DNA of 62,873 nt, filler included, from Chiloscyllium plagiosum (taxonomy: Eukaryota), in the NCBI RefSeq assembly GCF_004010195.1. It is 4 parts of one record of this genome, joined end to end, with 100 filler letters (N's around TTAATTAATTAA, not from the genome) between each part and the next. Parts side by side here need not be neighbours in the genome. Positions count along the whole stretch, not along the records: positions 1 to 12,589 come from NC_057714.1; positions 12,690 to 26,088 come from NC_057714.1; 2 more parts are not named here. One strand, written 5' to 3'. Under the pieces are notes generated by a model. That model was not told where the DNA came from and did not search any database. It was given only the letters and a program-made list of their open reading frames with translations. This document shows, piece by piece, positions 12,414 through 24,099 of this stretch. The translations under genes and the position numbers were made by a program. Every line of letters starts with the position of its first letter. The stretch's first letter is position 1.

Positions 12414-12589
12414 TGGAAATGTGTTGCTGGAAAAGCGCAGCAGGTCAGGCAGCATCTAGGGAACAGGAGAATCGACGTTTCGGGCATTAGCCCTTCTTCA
12501 GGAATGAGGGAAGTTGGTCCAGCAGGCTAAGATAAAAGATAGGGAGGAGGGACTTGGGGGAGGGGCGTCGGAAATGTGATAGGTGGAAA
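12414..12589 (-). mobile_element. Penelope-like (family B) terminal repeat, truncated by gap
   Basis: GCTGGAAAAGCGCAGCAGGTCAGGCAGCATC...TCGACGTTTCGGGCATTAGCCCTTCTTCAGGAATG. Confidence 0.85.
12474..12501 (-). ncRNA. Minimal type-I hammerhead ribozyme motif (best-preserved copy)
   Basis: Minus strand CUGAAGA-A-GGGC-UAAU-GCCC-GAAAC-GUC: CUGANGA core, perfect 4-bp stem II, GAAA, palindromic ACGU mini stem III, GUC cleavage triplet; stem I weak. Confidence 0.72.
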
Positions 12590-12689
12590 NNNNNNNNNNN
12601 NNNNNNNNNNNNNNNNNNNNNNNNNNNNNNNNNTTAATTAATTAANNNNNNNNNNNNNNNNNNNNNNNNNNNNNNNNNNNNNNNNNNNN
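12590..12689. other. Assembly gap with artificial TTAATTAATTAA spacer (also 26089-26188 and 57520-57619)
   Basis: 44 N + TTAATTAATTAA + 44 N, identical three times. Confidence 0.97.
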
Positions 12690-13710
12690 CAGTGGGGTAC
12701 CGCAGGGATCCGTGCTGGGACCGCAGCTTTTTACAATATATGTTAATGATATAGAAGATAGTATTAGTAATAACATTAGCAAATTTGCTGATGATACTAA
12801 GCTGGGTGGCAGGGTGAAATGTGAGGAGGATGTTAGGAGATTACAGGGTGACCTGGACAAGTAAGCTGAATGGTCAAATGCATGGCAGATGCAGTTTAAT
12901 GTGGATAAATGTATGGTTATCCACTTTGGTGGCAAGAACAGGAAGGCAGATTACTACCTAAATGGAATCAATTTAGGTAAAGGGGCAGTACAGAAAGATT
13001 TGGGTGTTCTTGTACACCAGTCAATGAAGGTAAGCATGCAGGTACAGCAGATAGTGAAGAAGGCTAATAGCGTGCTGGCCTTCATAACAAGAGGGATTGA
13101 GTATAGAAGCAAAGAGGTTCTTCTGCAGTTGTACAGGTCCCTGGTGAGACCACACCTGGAGTACTGTGTGCAGTTCTGGTCTCCAAATTTGAGGAAAGAC
13201 ACCCTGGCTATTGAGGGAGTGCAGCGTAGGTTCACGAGGTCAATTTCTGTAATGGCGGGACTACTTTACACTGAAAGACTGGAGCGACTGGGCTTGTATG
13301 CCCTTGAGTTTAGAAGACTGAGAGGGGATATAAGATTATAAGATTATTAAAGGATTGGACACTCTGGAGGCAGGAAACATGTTTCTGCTGATGGGTGAGT
13401 GCCAAACCAGAGGACACAGCTTAAAAATATGGTGTAGACCATTTAGTACAGAGATGAGGAGAAACGTCTTCACCCAGAGAGTGGTGGGTGTGTGGAACTC
13501 TCTGCCCCAGAGGGCAGTGGAGGCCCAGTCTCTGGATTCATTTAAGAAAGAGTTGGGTAGAGCTCTCAAGGATAGTGGAATCAAGGATAATGGAGATAAG
13601 GCAGGAACAGGATACTGATTAAGGATGATCAGCCATGATCATATTGAATGGTGGTGCAGGCTTGAAGGGCAGAATGGCCTACTCCTGCACCTATTGTCTA
13701 TTGTCTATTG
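12690..13710 (+). mobile_element. CR1 LINE, RT C-terminus to 3' tail
   Basis: [33 protein letters not shown]; (CTATTGT)n tail. Confidence 0.95.
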
Positions 13711-14695
13711 ACTGGTGTACAAGAACACCTAGATCTCGTTGTACTGCCCCTTTACCTAACTTGATTCCATTTAGGTGGTAATCTGCCTTCCTGTTCTTGC
13801 CACCAACATGGATAACCACACATTTATTACATTGAACTGCATCTGCCATGCATCCGTCCACTCACCTAGCCTGTCCAGGTCACCCTGTATTCTCCTAACA
13901 TCCTCCTCACATTTCACCCTTAAATCCAGCTTTGTGTCATCAGCAAATTTGCTAATATTACTTTTAATACCTTCATCTATGTCATTAATGTATATTGCAA
14001 AAAGCTGCGGTCCCAGCACTGATCACCGCCTGCCATTCCGAAAGGGCGCTGTTTATTACTACTCTTTGTTTCCTGTCAGCCAACCAATTTTCAATCCATA
14101 TCAGTATTTTGCCCCAAATACCATGCTCCCTAATTTTGCTGACTAACCGCCTATGTGGGACTTTATCAAAGGCTTTCTGAAAGTCCAGGTATACTACATC
14201 CACTGGATCTTCCTTGTCCATCTTCAGAGTTATATCCTCAAAAAATTCCAGAAGATTAGTCAAGCATGATTTCCCCTTCATAAATCCATGCTGACTCTGA
14301 CCTATCCTGTTACTGCTTTCCAGATGTGTCATAATTTCGTCCTTTATAACTAACTCCAGCATCTTTCCCACCACTGAGGTCAGACTAACTGGTCTATAGT
14401 TCTCTATTTTTTCTCTCCCTCCTTTCTTAAAATGTGGGACAACTTTAGCCACCCTCCAATCTGCAGGAACTGATCCTGAATCTATAGAACATTGGAAAAT
14501 AATCACCAACGCATCCACGATTTCTCGAGCCACCTCCTTCAGTACCCTGGGATGTAGACCATCAGGCCCCGGGGACTTATCAACCTTCAGACCTAACAGT
14601 CTCTCCAACACCAATTCCTAGCAAATATAAATTCCCTTCAGTTCAGGTCCTTCAGCCACTGTTACCTCAGGGAGATTGCTTGTGTCTTCCCCAAG
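13710..14695 (-). mobile_element. CR1 LINE RT region, same subfamily as the adjacent copy
   Basis: [46 protein letters not shown]. Confidence 0.95.
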
Positions 14696-15149
14696 AAGTC
14701 AATATAGTTGGTTAAGTTTGGCATTCTGTTCTGTTACATGAACTATTCCTTAATGAGGTTTTTTGTTTCTAGATTTTCTTTTTATTACATCTTTGAAATA
14801 AAGAATCCATTACTTTTTCACCAATGCTCTGTATTTAAAGAGCAGTGCCTCTTCACTTGCTCATTTCAGGAGACACTAAAGCAACAGGATTTATCTTACA
14901 TAAATTCAATTTGTTTATCTATTATTTCTATCCATTTTATCGTAAATGCTTTCCCCCCCCCTTGACCTCGAACGTTACATTCATTCTGTTAATCTCCTTA
15001 GTAAACCCTAAGGCAAAGTCATTATTCAATATTTCTGCCTTTTCACTGTCATTACCTTGACCACATGCATATGCATTGCTCAGTGGCCCTCTCTCTCTTC
15101 TGACCTTCCCCATTTATAGTTTGCAGGATGATTCATTTTATTTCCTATT

Positions 15150-15640
15150 CCTTTCAAATACTCATGCAAATGCCTCTTAAATGTTGCAATTGTACCAGCC
15201 TCCACCACTTCCTCTGGCAGCTCATTCCATACACGTACCACCCTCTGTTTGAAAACATTGCCCTGTAGGTCTCTTTTATATCTTTCCCCTCTCACCCTAA
15301 ACCTATGCCCTCTAGTTTTGGACTCCCTGACCCCAGGGAAAAGAATGTGCCTATTTATCCTATCCATGCCCCTCATAGTTTTGTAAACCTCGAGAAGGTC
15401 ACCCCTCAGCCTCCGACGCTCCAGGGAAAACAGCCCCAGCCTGTTCAGCCTCTCCCTTTGGCTCAAATCCTCCAACCCTGGCAACATCCTTGTAAATCTT
15501 TTCTGAACTCTTTCAAGTTTCACAATATCTTTCTGATAGGAAGGAGACCAGAATTGCACGCAATATTCCAACAGTGGCCTTACCAATGTCCTGTACAGCC
15601 ACAACATGACCTCCCAGCTCCTGTACTCAATATTCTGACC
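15150..15640 (-). mobile_element. CR1/HER1 3' fragment
   Basis: LEYCVQFWSP, ERRRLRGDL, TRGHRF, RVWNELP. Confidence 0.93.
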
Positions 15641-15919
15641 TGTCTCGTTTGGTCTCCGAACCTATTTGCTGAATTTGGCCCTTTCCAGACTATTGTTGCT
15701 CCAGAGCTTAAAATACTTTTGACGCTTTTAAGGTTTCAAATTTATCTGAGGTTTCCTTAATGCCATTGTTTTTATGGTGTAATGTATTAACCTGTTCAGT
15801 CTCAAGCATATAGTAAAATGCTGCTATTTTTCCCTGGGGAATCTCTTACCTAGATTTGGGATTTATTTATTGAGCACTTCAGTGCAGTTCAAAATTGGAT
15901 TCTCAATGACCAGGTGTTG

Positions 15920-16210
15920 ATTAGATTAGCTTCCCTACAGTGTGGAAACAGGCCCTTCAGCCCAACAAGTCCACACTGACCCTCCGAAGAGTAACCCACC
16001 CAAACCCATTTCCCTCTGACCTAACACTACGGGCAATTTAGTGTGGCCAATTCACCTGACCTGCACATCTTTGGACTGTGGGAGGAAACCCACTCAGACA
16101 CGGGGAGAATATGCAAACTCTACACAGACAGTCACCTGAGGCTGGAATCGAACTTGGGTGCCTGGCACTGTGAGGCAGCAGTGCTAACCATCGAGCCACG
16201 GTGCCACCCC
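15920..16210 (-). mobile_element. HE1-type V-SINE
   Basis: Same head, V-domain and tail as 2060-2377. Confidence 0.9.
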
Positions 16211-16549
16211 CACAGTTGATGCTGGCAAAACCATCTGGAGCAAGGATTGTCAGTTCTCGTTGGTCGTGCTCAAAGTTTCTGACCAAGATGAAGGGAGTTG
16301 GAAAACTTTTGGAGAGAGAATTTGGCAGCGTATTTACGTGGATGGGAAATGGCCAGCTGTGTATACATTCATGAAGAGTAGATGGAAATGTTCGAATAGG
16401 AGCAACCAGAACAATTTATATCTTTGATGCATTTTGAAGCTCTGCCTTTCAGTAATGTAAGTGTAGGACGGTGATAAATTAAATTAATGCTACCCAAGAA
16501 ACAAGAGATAGCGAGGAGGGCAAGTTAGTATCAAAACTAGAAATTCAAT

Positions 16550-16900
16550 TAAGGAGTGATTTAATAGAGATGTCCCGAATTATGAGGGGATTTGATGGAG
16601 TAATTAGGGAGAAATTGTTTCCCTCATTGAATTGATAACGACTTCACGGATTTAAAATAATTGGCAACACCCCCAGCTGGGAAATGATGAGGAAAGATTT
16701 TTATTCAGAGTGTTGTTATGATCTGAAAGACACTGTCTAGAAGTGTGATGCAAGTAGATTCAATAATAACTTCTAAAAGGGATTTAGGGATATCAATTTA
16801 AAGGAGAAAAGTGTTGGGCTACTGGAATGGCCAGTGGAGTGAGACTAATTGGGTAGCCCTTTCAAAAGCCCGAACACAACTACATTATACTGACTCTATG
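16550..16900 (+). mobile_element. Old CR1 3' fragment
   Basis: GGAGTGATTTAATAGAG...ATTATGAGGGGATTTGAT (degenerate RGDLIE/KIMRG). Confidence 0.6.
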
Positions 16901-17199
16901 TATTTGGATCCATTGATAAAGGTTTCAAAGCAACTATAAAAATAGAAGCTGACATTGGCCACACAGCCCCGCACCATTATCCAAGATCATGGCTGAACCT
17001 TTGCATTAACTCGATTTTCTCAACTCTATGTCTAGACTCTGATGTGCTTGAAGTCCATCAACCAGCATTGAAAATACTCAACAGCTGAATATTTATATCA
17101 TGCCGCACTGAGAATTCCAAGTATTCCCAATGCCCTGTAGACAGAAATTTCTTTTAATCTCATAGTCATAGAGTTGCACAGCATGAAAACAGACCCTGC

Positions 17200-17675
17200 C
17201 GCCCTGTAGCCAATCACTCCCACTCTGCCAAGGACATGCAAGTCCTGTGCCTCCTCCACTGCTAAATCCTAGCCACTCGATGACTGCAGGAAAAATGTTC
17301 CATCTTCTACCTTGGGACCTCCAACCACATGGAATCAATATCAATTTCACCAGTTTCCTCATCTCCCCTCTCCCCACCTTATCCCAGATCCAACCCTCCA
17401 ACTTGGCACTGCCCTCTTGAACTGTCCTACCTGTCCATCTTCCTTCCCCCTTATCTGCTCCACCCTCCACTCTGACCTAACCCCATCACCCCCCACTTTC
17501 AGCCACTGATCACATTCCTAGCTACCTTCTCCCCAGCCCCACCCTGCTCCCATTATTCTCAGTCCCCTTAGGCCCCTCCACATTCCTGATGAAGAGCTTA
17601 TGTTTGAAAAGTCGACTCTCCTGCTCATCTGGTATTGCCTGACTGGCTGTGCTTTTCCAGAACTGCACGTTTTTA
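17200..17675 (+). mobile_element. Penelope-like (family B) 3' fragment within CR1 remnants
   Basis: HSAKDMQV and LGTSNH/GINI-like GIY-YIG tail, pyrimidine-rich UTR, CTGATGA...GAAAAGTC motif at 17586-17613. Confidence 0.8.
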
Positions 17676-18429
17676 CCATAAACCGATGTTCTCTAGTTTG
17701 AACTCTCCCACGTCTGGGTAAAGACTTTGTTTATTTACCTAATCCATGCACCCCATGATTTTATAGACCCCAATAACATCACCCCTCAGCCTCCGATGCT
17801 CCAGGGAAAAACCCCAGCCTAGGATTCTGGGTAATCCAAGATAGAGGACAGGAAAAGTTTCTGGCTGTAACAGGCTAGTCCTTTTTGAGTTATTTTAGGT
17901 GTTGGAGGTGATTTTCTCGAATTCCAGGAGCAGCAATTTCTGTTTTACATGCTGGTGCAATTGTTTTGGAACTTCAAAATAAGTCAAAGCAACAGCACTT
18001 TTAAATGACAAAGTCAGCAAGCACATGTTCTGTAAGGGAGAGAGAGAAAGAAACCCACACTGCTAAGTGATACAAAAGTGAATCTGCGCAGTTATTGCCT
18101 TTGCTGTTTGAATTCATATATAGCTGGACATCGGAGTGTGTCTAGGAAAACTTAACAAACAGCAAAATTCACAACTGATCTTGGAGGAACCTGTTTGGGA
18201 GAGGTCACAGCACAGAAATAGATGCTTAAATAGTTGTAAGTATAGCCTTGCTGTAAATCTACAATAGTAACTAGAGTGGATTCTTCCTTGATTATATGAT
18301 TTTATTAAGATCTTTCCATTGATTAAATTTAAAAAATATAAGCCAGAGGTATTAAGCTAGCCTGGAGCAGTGTTTTGTAGAGCAATAAGAGGGTGTTATT
18401 TTCTGGGTCTGTAGACTGGAAGGAGCAAG

Positions 18430-19356
18430 ATGGCCTTTAGTATAGTGATATGCTCTTCTTGTCAGATGTGGGAATTTCGGAGAGTTTAAGGGTTACTGAG
18501 GACTATATCTGCAATAAATGTCATTGGTTGTGAATCCAGTCAGATCGAATGGATCGGTTGGAGCGACAGTTAGAGGCAATGAAGAAATTACAAGAGCAAG
18601 TGGATGTGATGGTTGGCAATTATAGGAAGGGAGAAATGCCACAGATACAGTCACATGGATGGGTTAACTACAGGAAAGGTAAGAGAGGTTGGCAGGTAGT
18701 GCAGGAGTCTTCTGTGGTTATCCCCATTTCAAACAAGTATGCTGTTTTGGGAAATGTAGGGGATGATGGATTCTTGGGGAATATAGCACAAACAGCCAAG
18801 TTTCTGGTATTGAGACTGGCTCCAACGCAATGAGGGGTATGTCAGATTTCAAGAGATCAGTTGTGTTGGGGGACTCTCTAGTCCGAGGCACAGACAGATG
18901 TTTCTGCGGCCAGCAGTAAACAATCAAAATGATGCCTCGCTGCTGCCAGGATCAAGCATGTCTCAGAGATGGTGCAGAATTCTCAAAGGGGAGACGGCCC
19001 AGCAGGAGGCCATTGTACACATTGGTTTCAACGACATAGGAAGGGAAAAGGATGAGATTCTGAAGGGAGAATGTAGAAGGTTATGCAGGAATTTAAAAAG
19101 CAGGTCCTCGAGGGTAGTAATATCTGTATTACTCCCAGTGCTATGAGCTAGTGAGGGTTGGAATAGGAGGATAGAGCAGATGAATGTATGGCTGATGAGC
19201 TGGTGTATGGGAGAAGGATTCACATTTTTAGATCATTTGACTCTCTTCTGGGGTAGAAGTGACCTGTACAAGAAGGATGGATTGCACCTGAATTAGAAGG
19301 GGACTAATATACTGACAGGGAGATTTCCTCGAGCTGCTCACGAGGATTTAAACTAG
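18430..19356 (+). pseudogene. CR1 ORF1 (N-terminal zinc finger + SGNH esterase-like domain)
   Basis: MAFSIVICSSCQMWE...YICNKC; PISNKYAVL; VLGDSLVRGTD; IVHIGFNDI; DGLHL; frameshifted. Confidence 0.85.
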
Positions 19357-20903
19357 TAAGGTGGGGGTTGGGACCCAGGGAGATAGTGAGGAAAGAGATC
19401 AATCTGAGACTGGTACAGTTGAGAACAGAAGCGAGTCAAACAGTCAGGGCAGGCAGGGACAAAGCAGGGAACAAGATAGTACTGATAAATTAAACTGCAT
19501 TTATTTCAGTGCAAGAGCCTAACAGGGAAGGCAGATGAACTCAGGGCATGGTTAGGGACATGGGACTGGGATATCATGGCAATTACAGAAATGTGGCTCA
19601 GGGATGGACAGGACTGGCAGCTTAACTTTCCAGGATACAAATGCTTTAGGAAGGATAGAAAGGGAGGCAAGCGAGGAGGAGGTGTGGTGTTTTTGATAAG
19701 GGATAGCTTGACAGCTGTACTTAGGGAGGATATTCCCAGGAATACATCCAGGGAAGTTATTTGGGTGGAACTGAGAAATAAGAAATGGATGATCACCTTA
19801 TTGGGATTGTATTATAGATTAACGAATAGTCAGCAGGAAATTGAGAAATAAATTTGTTAGGAGATTTCAGTTATCTGTAAGAATAGTAGGATAGTTATGG
19901 TAGGGGATTTTAACTTTCCAAACATAGACTGGGACTGCCATAATGTTAAGGGTTTAGATGAAGAGGAATTTGTTAAATGAGTACAAGAAAATTTGCTGAG
20001 TCATTTTGCGGATGTACCAACTGGAGAAGGTGAAAAATTTGACCTACTCTTGGGAAATACGACAGGGCAGGTAACTGAGGTGTCAATGGGGAGCACTTTG
20101 GGGCCAGCGACCATAATTCTATTAAGAATAACATGGTAACTAGGAAGAGGATGGGGTCCCTGAAAGATCAGCAAGGCATCCTTTATGTGGAGCTGCAGGA
20201 GGTGGGTGAGATACTAAATTAGTATTTTGCATCAGTGCTTTCTGTGGAGAAGGATATGAAAGATATAGAATGTGGGGAAATAGATGATGACATCTTGAAA
20301 AATGTCCACATTACAGAGGAGGAAATGCTGGATGTCCTGAAATGCATAATGGTGGATAACCCCCAGGACCTTATCAGGCATACCCTTGAACTCTGTGCGA
20401 AGCTAGGGAAGAGATTGCTGGGCCTTTTGCTGAGATATTTGTATCATCAACAGTCACAAGTGAGGTTACAGAAGACTGGAGGTTGGCTAATGTGGTACCA
20501 TTATTTAAGAAAGGTGGTAAAGTCAAGCCAGGGAACTATAAACTGGTGAACCTGATGTCAGTAGTGGGCACGTTGTTGGGGGAATTCTGAGGGACAGGAT
20601 GTACATATATTTGGAAAGGTAAGGACTGATTAAGGGTAGTCAACATGGGTTTGTGCATGGGAAATCATGTCTCACAAACTTGATTGAGTTTTTTGAAAAA
20701 GTAACAAAGAGGATTGATGAGGGCAGAGCAGTAGATATGATCTATATGGATTTCAGTAAGGCGTTCGACAAGGTTCCCCATGGGAGACTGATTAGCAAGA
20801 TTAGATCTCATGGAATACAGGGAGAACTAGCCATTTGGATACAGAACTGGCTCAAAGATAGAAGACAGAGGGTGGTGACCAGTGGGGTGCCAGAAGGATC
20901 AGT

Positions 20904-21238
20904 AAAAACAAGGACTGCAGATGCTGGCAACCAGACTCTAGATTAGAGTGGTGCTGGTCCCGATGTGGTCTTCTGTACATTGGGGAGCAGAGCGCTTTAG
21001 GGAACATCTCCGGGACACCCGCACCAATCAACCACATCGCCCTGTGGCCCAACATTTCACCTCCCCCTCCCACTCTGCCGAGGACATGGAGGTCCCACCC
21101 CCATCCTCCTCTCATTTATCTCTCCACCTTGCAGACACTCTGACTTTATTCCTGATGAAAGGCTTTTGCCAAAAACGTCGATTTTCCTGCTCCTCGGATG
21201 CTGCCTGAACTGCTGTGCTTTTCTAGCATCACTCTAAT
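20904..21238. mobile_element. Fold-back Penelope-like (family B) mini-insert in CR1 ORF2 with 14-bp TSD
   Basis: TSD CCAGAAGGATCAGT (20890-20903) / CCACAAGGATCGGT (21239-21252); GIY-YIG piece FREHLRD...PVAQHFTSPSHSAEDMEV; hammerhead-like motif at 21152. Confidence 0.85.
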
Positions 21239-23439
21239 CCACAAGGATCGGTGCTGGGTCTTCTACTTTTCGTCATTTATATAAATGATTTGGATTGAAC
21301 ATAAAAGGTATAGTCGGTAAGTTTGCAGGTGACAAATATTGGAGGTGTAGTGGACAGCGAAGGTTACCTCAGATTATAACGGGATCTTGATCAGCTGGGC
21401 CAATGAGCTGAGGAGTGGCAGATAGAGTTTAATTCACATAAGTGCGAGGCGCTGCATTTTGGGAAAGCGAATCTTAGCAGGACTTATACACTTAATGATA
21501 AGGTCCTAAGGAGTGTTCCTGAACAAAGAGACCTTGGAGTGCAGGTTCATAGCTCCTTGAAATTAGAGTCACAGGTCAATAGGGTAGTGAAGGTGTTTGG
21601 TATAATTTCCATTTTTGGTCAGAGTATTGCATACAGGAGTTGGGAGGTCATGTTGCGGCTATACAGAACATTGGTTAGGCCACTTTTGGAATATTGCGTG
21701 CAATTCTGGTCTCCTTCCTATCGGAAAGATGTTGTGAAACTTGAAAGGGTTAAGAAAAGATTTGCAAGGATGTTGCAAGAGTTGGAAGATTTGAGCTATA
21801 GGGAGAGGCTGAACAGGCTGGGGCTGTTTTCCCTGGAGTGTTGAAGGTTGAGGGGTGACCTTGTAGAGGTTTATAAAATCATGAGGGGCATGGATAGGAA
21901 AAATAGACAAAGTCTCTTCCTTGGGGTGGGGGAGTCCAGAACTAGAAGGCATAGGTTTAGGGAGGGGAAAGAGATAAAGAAGACCTAACGGGCAACCTTT
22001 TCACACAGAGGGTGGTACGTGTATGGAATGAGCTGCCAGAGGAAGCAGTGGAGCTGGTACAATTACACCAAATGAATAGGAAGGGTTTATTGGGAAATGG
22101 ACCAACTGCTGGCAAATGGAACTAGATTAGGTTAAAATGCCTGGTCAGCATAGATGAGTTGGACAGAAGGGCCTGTTTCCATGCTGTACATCTCTATGAC
22201 TCTGTGATTCTATTCAGTCTCTCCCTATAGCTTAAACCCTCTAACTCTGGCAACATCGTTGTAAATCTTTTCTGAACCTATTCAAGTTTCGCAATATCTT
22301 TCCTATAGCAGGGAGACTAGAATTGCACGCAGTAATCAAAAAATAATCCACTCTACTCACTATTGCAGATTTACAAGATAAAGTTAGTTTATATTTTAAA
22401 CACAAGCCACTTGACTGATCCCCTGCTGTGAGATCCCCCACATCGTTTTCTCCATGGTCAACTGTGAATTTCACTGCTTATTTTTCTTTAACAGACTCCG
22501 ATGTTCAGAGATACTTGAAACCAAACAGCAGAGGCAATCAGCAGTGAAGATTCATGGCTGGGTCAGAGAGCAGGTTTATTTCACCATTTGCTTCACCTCC
22601 CATGTGGTCACTGCCTTTGTCTATCTTCCTCCTTTTCAAATTGCCATTGTTTTGATTTTATTTTAAACCAAAGATCCAAAGCAATGCAACAGCTTAAAAA
22701 GCACCAATTCCTGCTATTAGAATTTGAAGAAATCAGTTCCAACATTGTAAATACCACAAAATGACCAGCTCTTACAGCCATAATTATTTCCCAGCTCCAT
22801 CTTGGATTACCCAGAATCCTTTTCAATAACAGATTTTTTTTAAAAAAATCACTAACAGGATGACAGCCATGATTTATTGCCTACCCCTACTTGCCCAGAG
22901 GGCAGTTAGGAGTCAACCCCATTGGGTCTGGAATGGCATGCAAGTCAGACCAATGAAGGGTGACCAATTCCTTTCCCTAAAGGCCATTCGTGAATCAGAT
23001 AAGTTCTTCCTCACCATGGTTTCATGGTCATCATTAGAACCTAAATTCCAGATTTCAATTTATTGATGTCAAGTTCCACCATCTGCTCATGGAGAGATCC
23101 AAACACAGTTGCTCAGAAGAGTGCCCGAGGTGCTGGATTAGTAATGGAAATAACTGCACAGTGGCCAGTATCCCATGACCAAGTTATCCTTTATTTGCAT
23201 GTGTGCTGCACATGGACTGAACAGCAAACTCAAAGCCATTCCCTCCCTGCAGAGTTTCTAAATCCCCTGGTTATTTTTTCCCTCATCTCTTCATTATACT
23301 TTTGTTTCTCCCCCTCACATGCCTGCTAAACAGTAGCAGTACTTGAATCTCTTGTTTATTTCTTTCCCTTTTCTTCTTCCTATTACCCCTACACTACTGC
23401 CTAACTGTTGTGTAGGTGAAAGACACAAGGTACATGAAT

Positions 23440-23680
23440 CTTTATTCAAATGTCCACCACCAGGAAGAACAGAAACACCCAAGTGGCCAGTGACAAGTCG
23501 TGCCCTTCACATCAAAGGGCAATGCTGTGTAATCAGACAGTGAAGGGAAAGGCAGGGATTAAATCAAAATAGAGTTGGACAGGGAAATAATGCACCCCAC
23601 TCCCTCTGGGACCTCTCCTTGAACAACTCCAGGGTGGCAGTGGACACTGCAAGCTCCTGTGCAGGAGACATCCACAGATG
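23440..23680 (-). mobile_element. Tx1/L1-group LINE 3' end
   Basis: Minus strand AVSTATLELFKER...GVGCIISLSNSILI* followed by UTR and AATAAA. Confidence 0.6.
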
Positions 23681-24099
23681 TAATGTTTATTTTTCCTGTT
23701 TAAACACTAAGCAATTATGAAACAGTTAACAAAACAGTTTACAATTACAGCTGTATGCAAACAGCAATTTTACAAGGGAGAGGAGCAGCAAAACCAGGCC
23801 CCAAACCCTACTGTTCAACCAGTTTACAGGAAAATGAGCAACATAAGGTGATGGAGTGACAGAAGACTATAATCTTAATCTAAGAGGCCAGCTTTGAGGA
23901 ATATTTATTGAGGAGAGTGAGGTAGGACACTGGGGAAAGTTAGAGAGCAACTGCCTAGGCACTGCTGCATTTGTGGATCACAGATGCATAAGAGGCCAGA
24001 ATTACTCGAGCACAGATATCCCAGAGAGCTAGGGAAGGATGAAGCAAGGGAGGAATTTGAAAACAATTCCCTAAATTGGGAACAGATGTTCTCAGAGAA

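Larger units (their letters stand above)
17820..22210 (+). mobile_element. Near full-length CR1/HER1 LINE (5' UTR, ORF1, internally deleted ORF2, 3' tail)
   Basis: ORF1 and ORF2 motifs in order; AITEMWL, RKDR..KRGGGV, GDFNFP, DHNSI, then a jump to the RT linker; MDFSKAFDKVPH; CTCTATGACTCT tail. Confidence 0.93.

Noticed and set aside
12634..12645. Palindromic TTAATTAATTAA motif repeated at 12634, 26133 and 57564
   Set aside because: Each sits centred in an exact 100-nt N gap; it is an artificial six-frame stop spacer. Contiguity across these gaps is not guaranteed.
22495..22573. Possible host exon (polypyrimidine-ACAG ... CAG|GTTTAT)
   Set aside because: Weak donor, no recognisable peptide and no partner exons; needs RNA-seq
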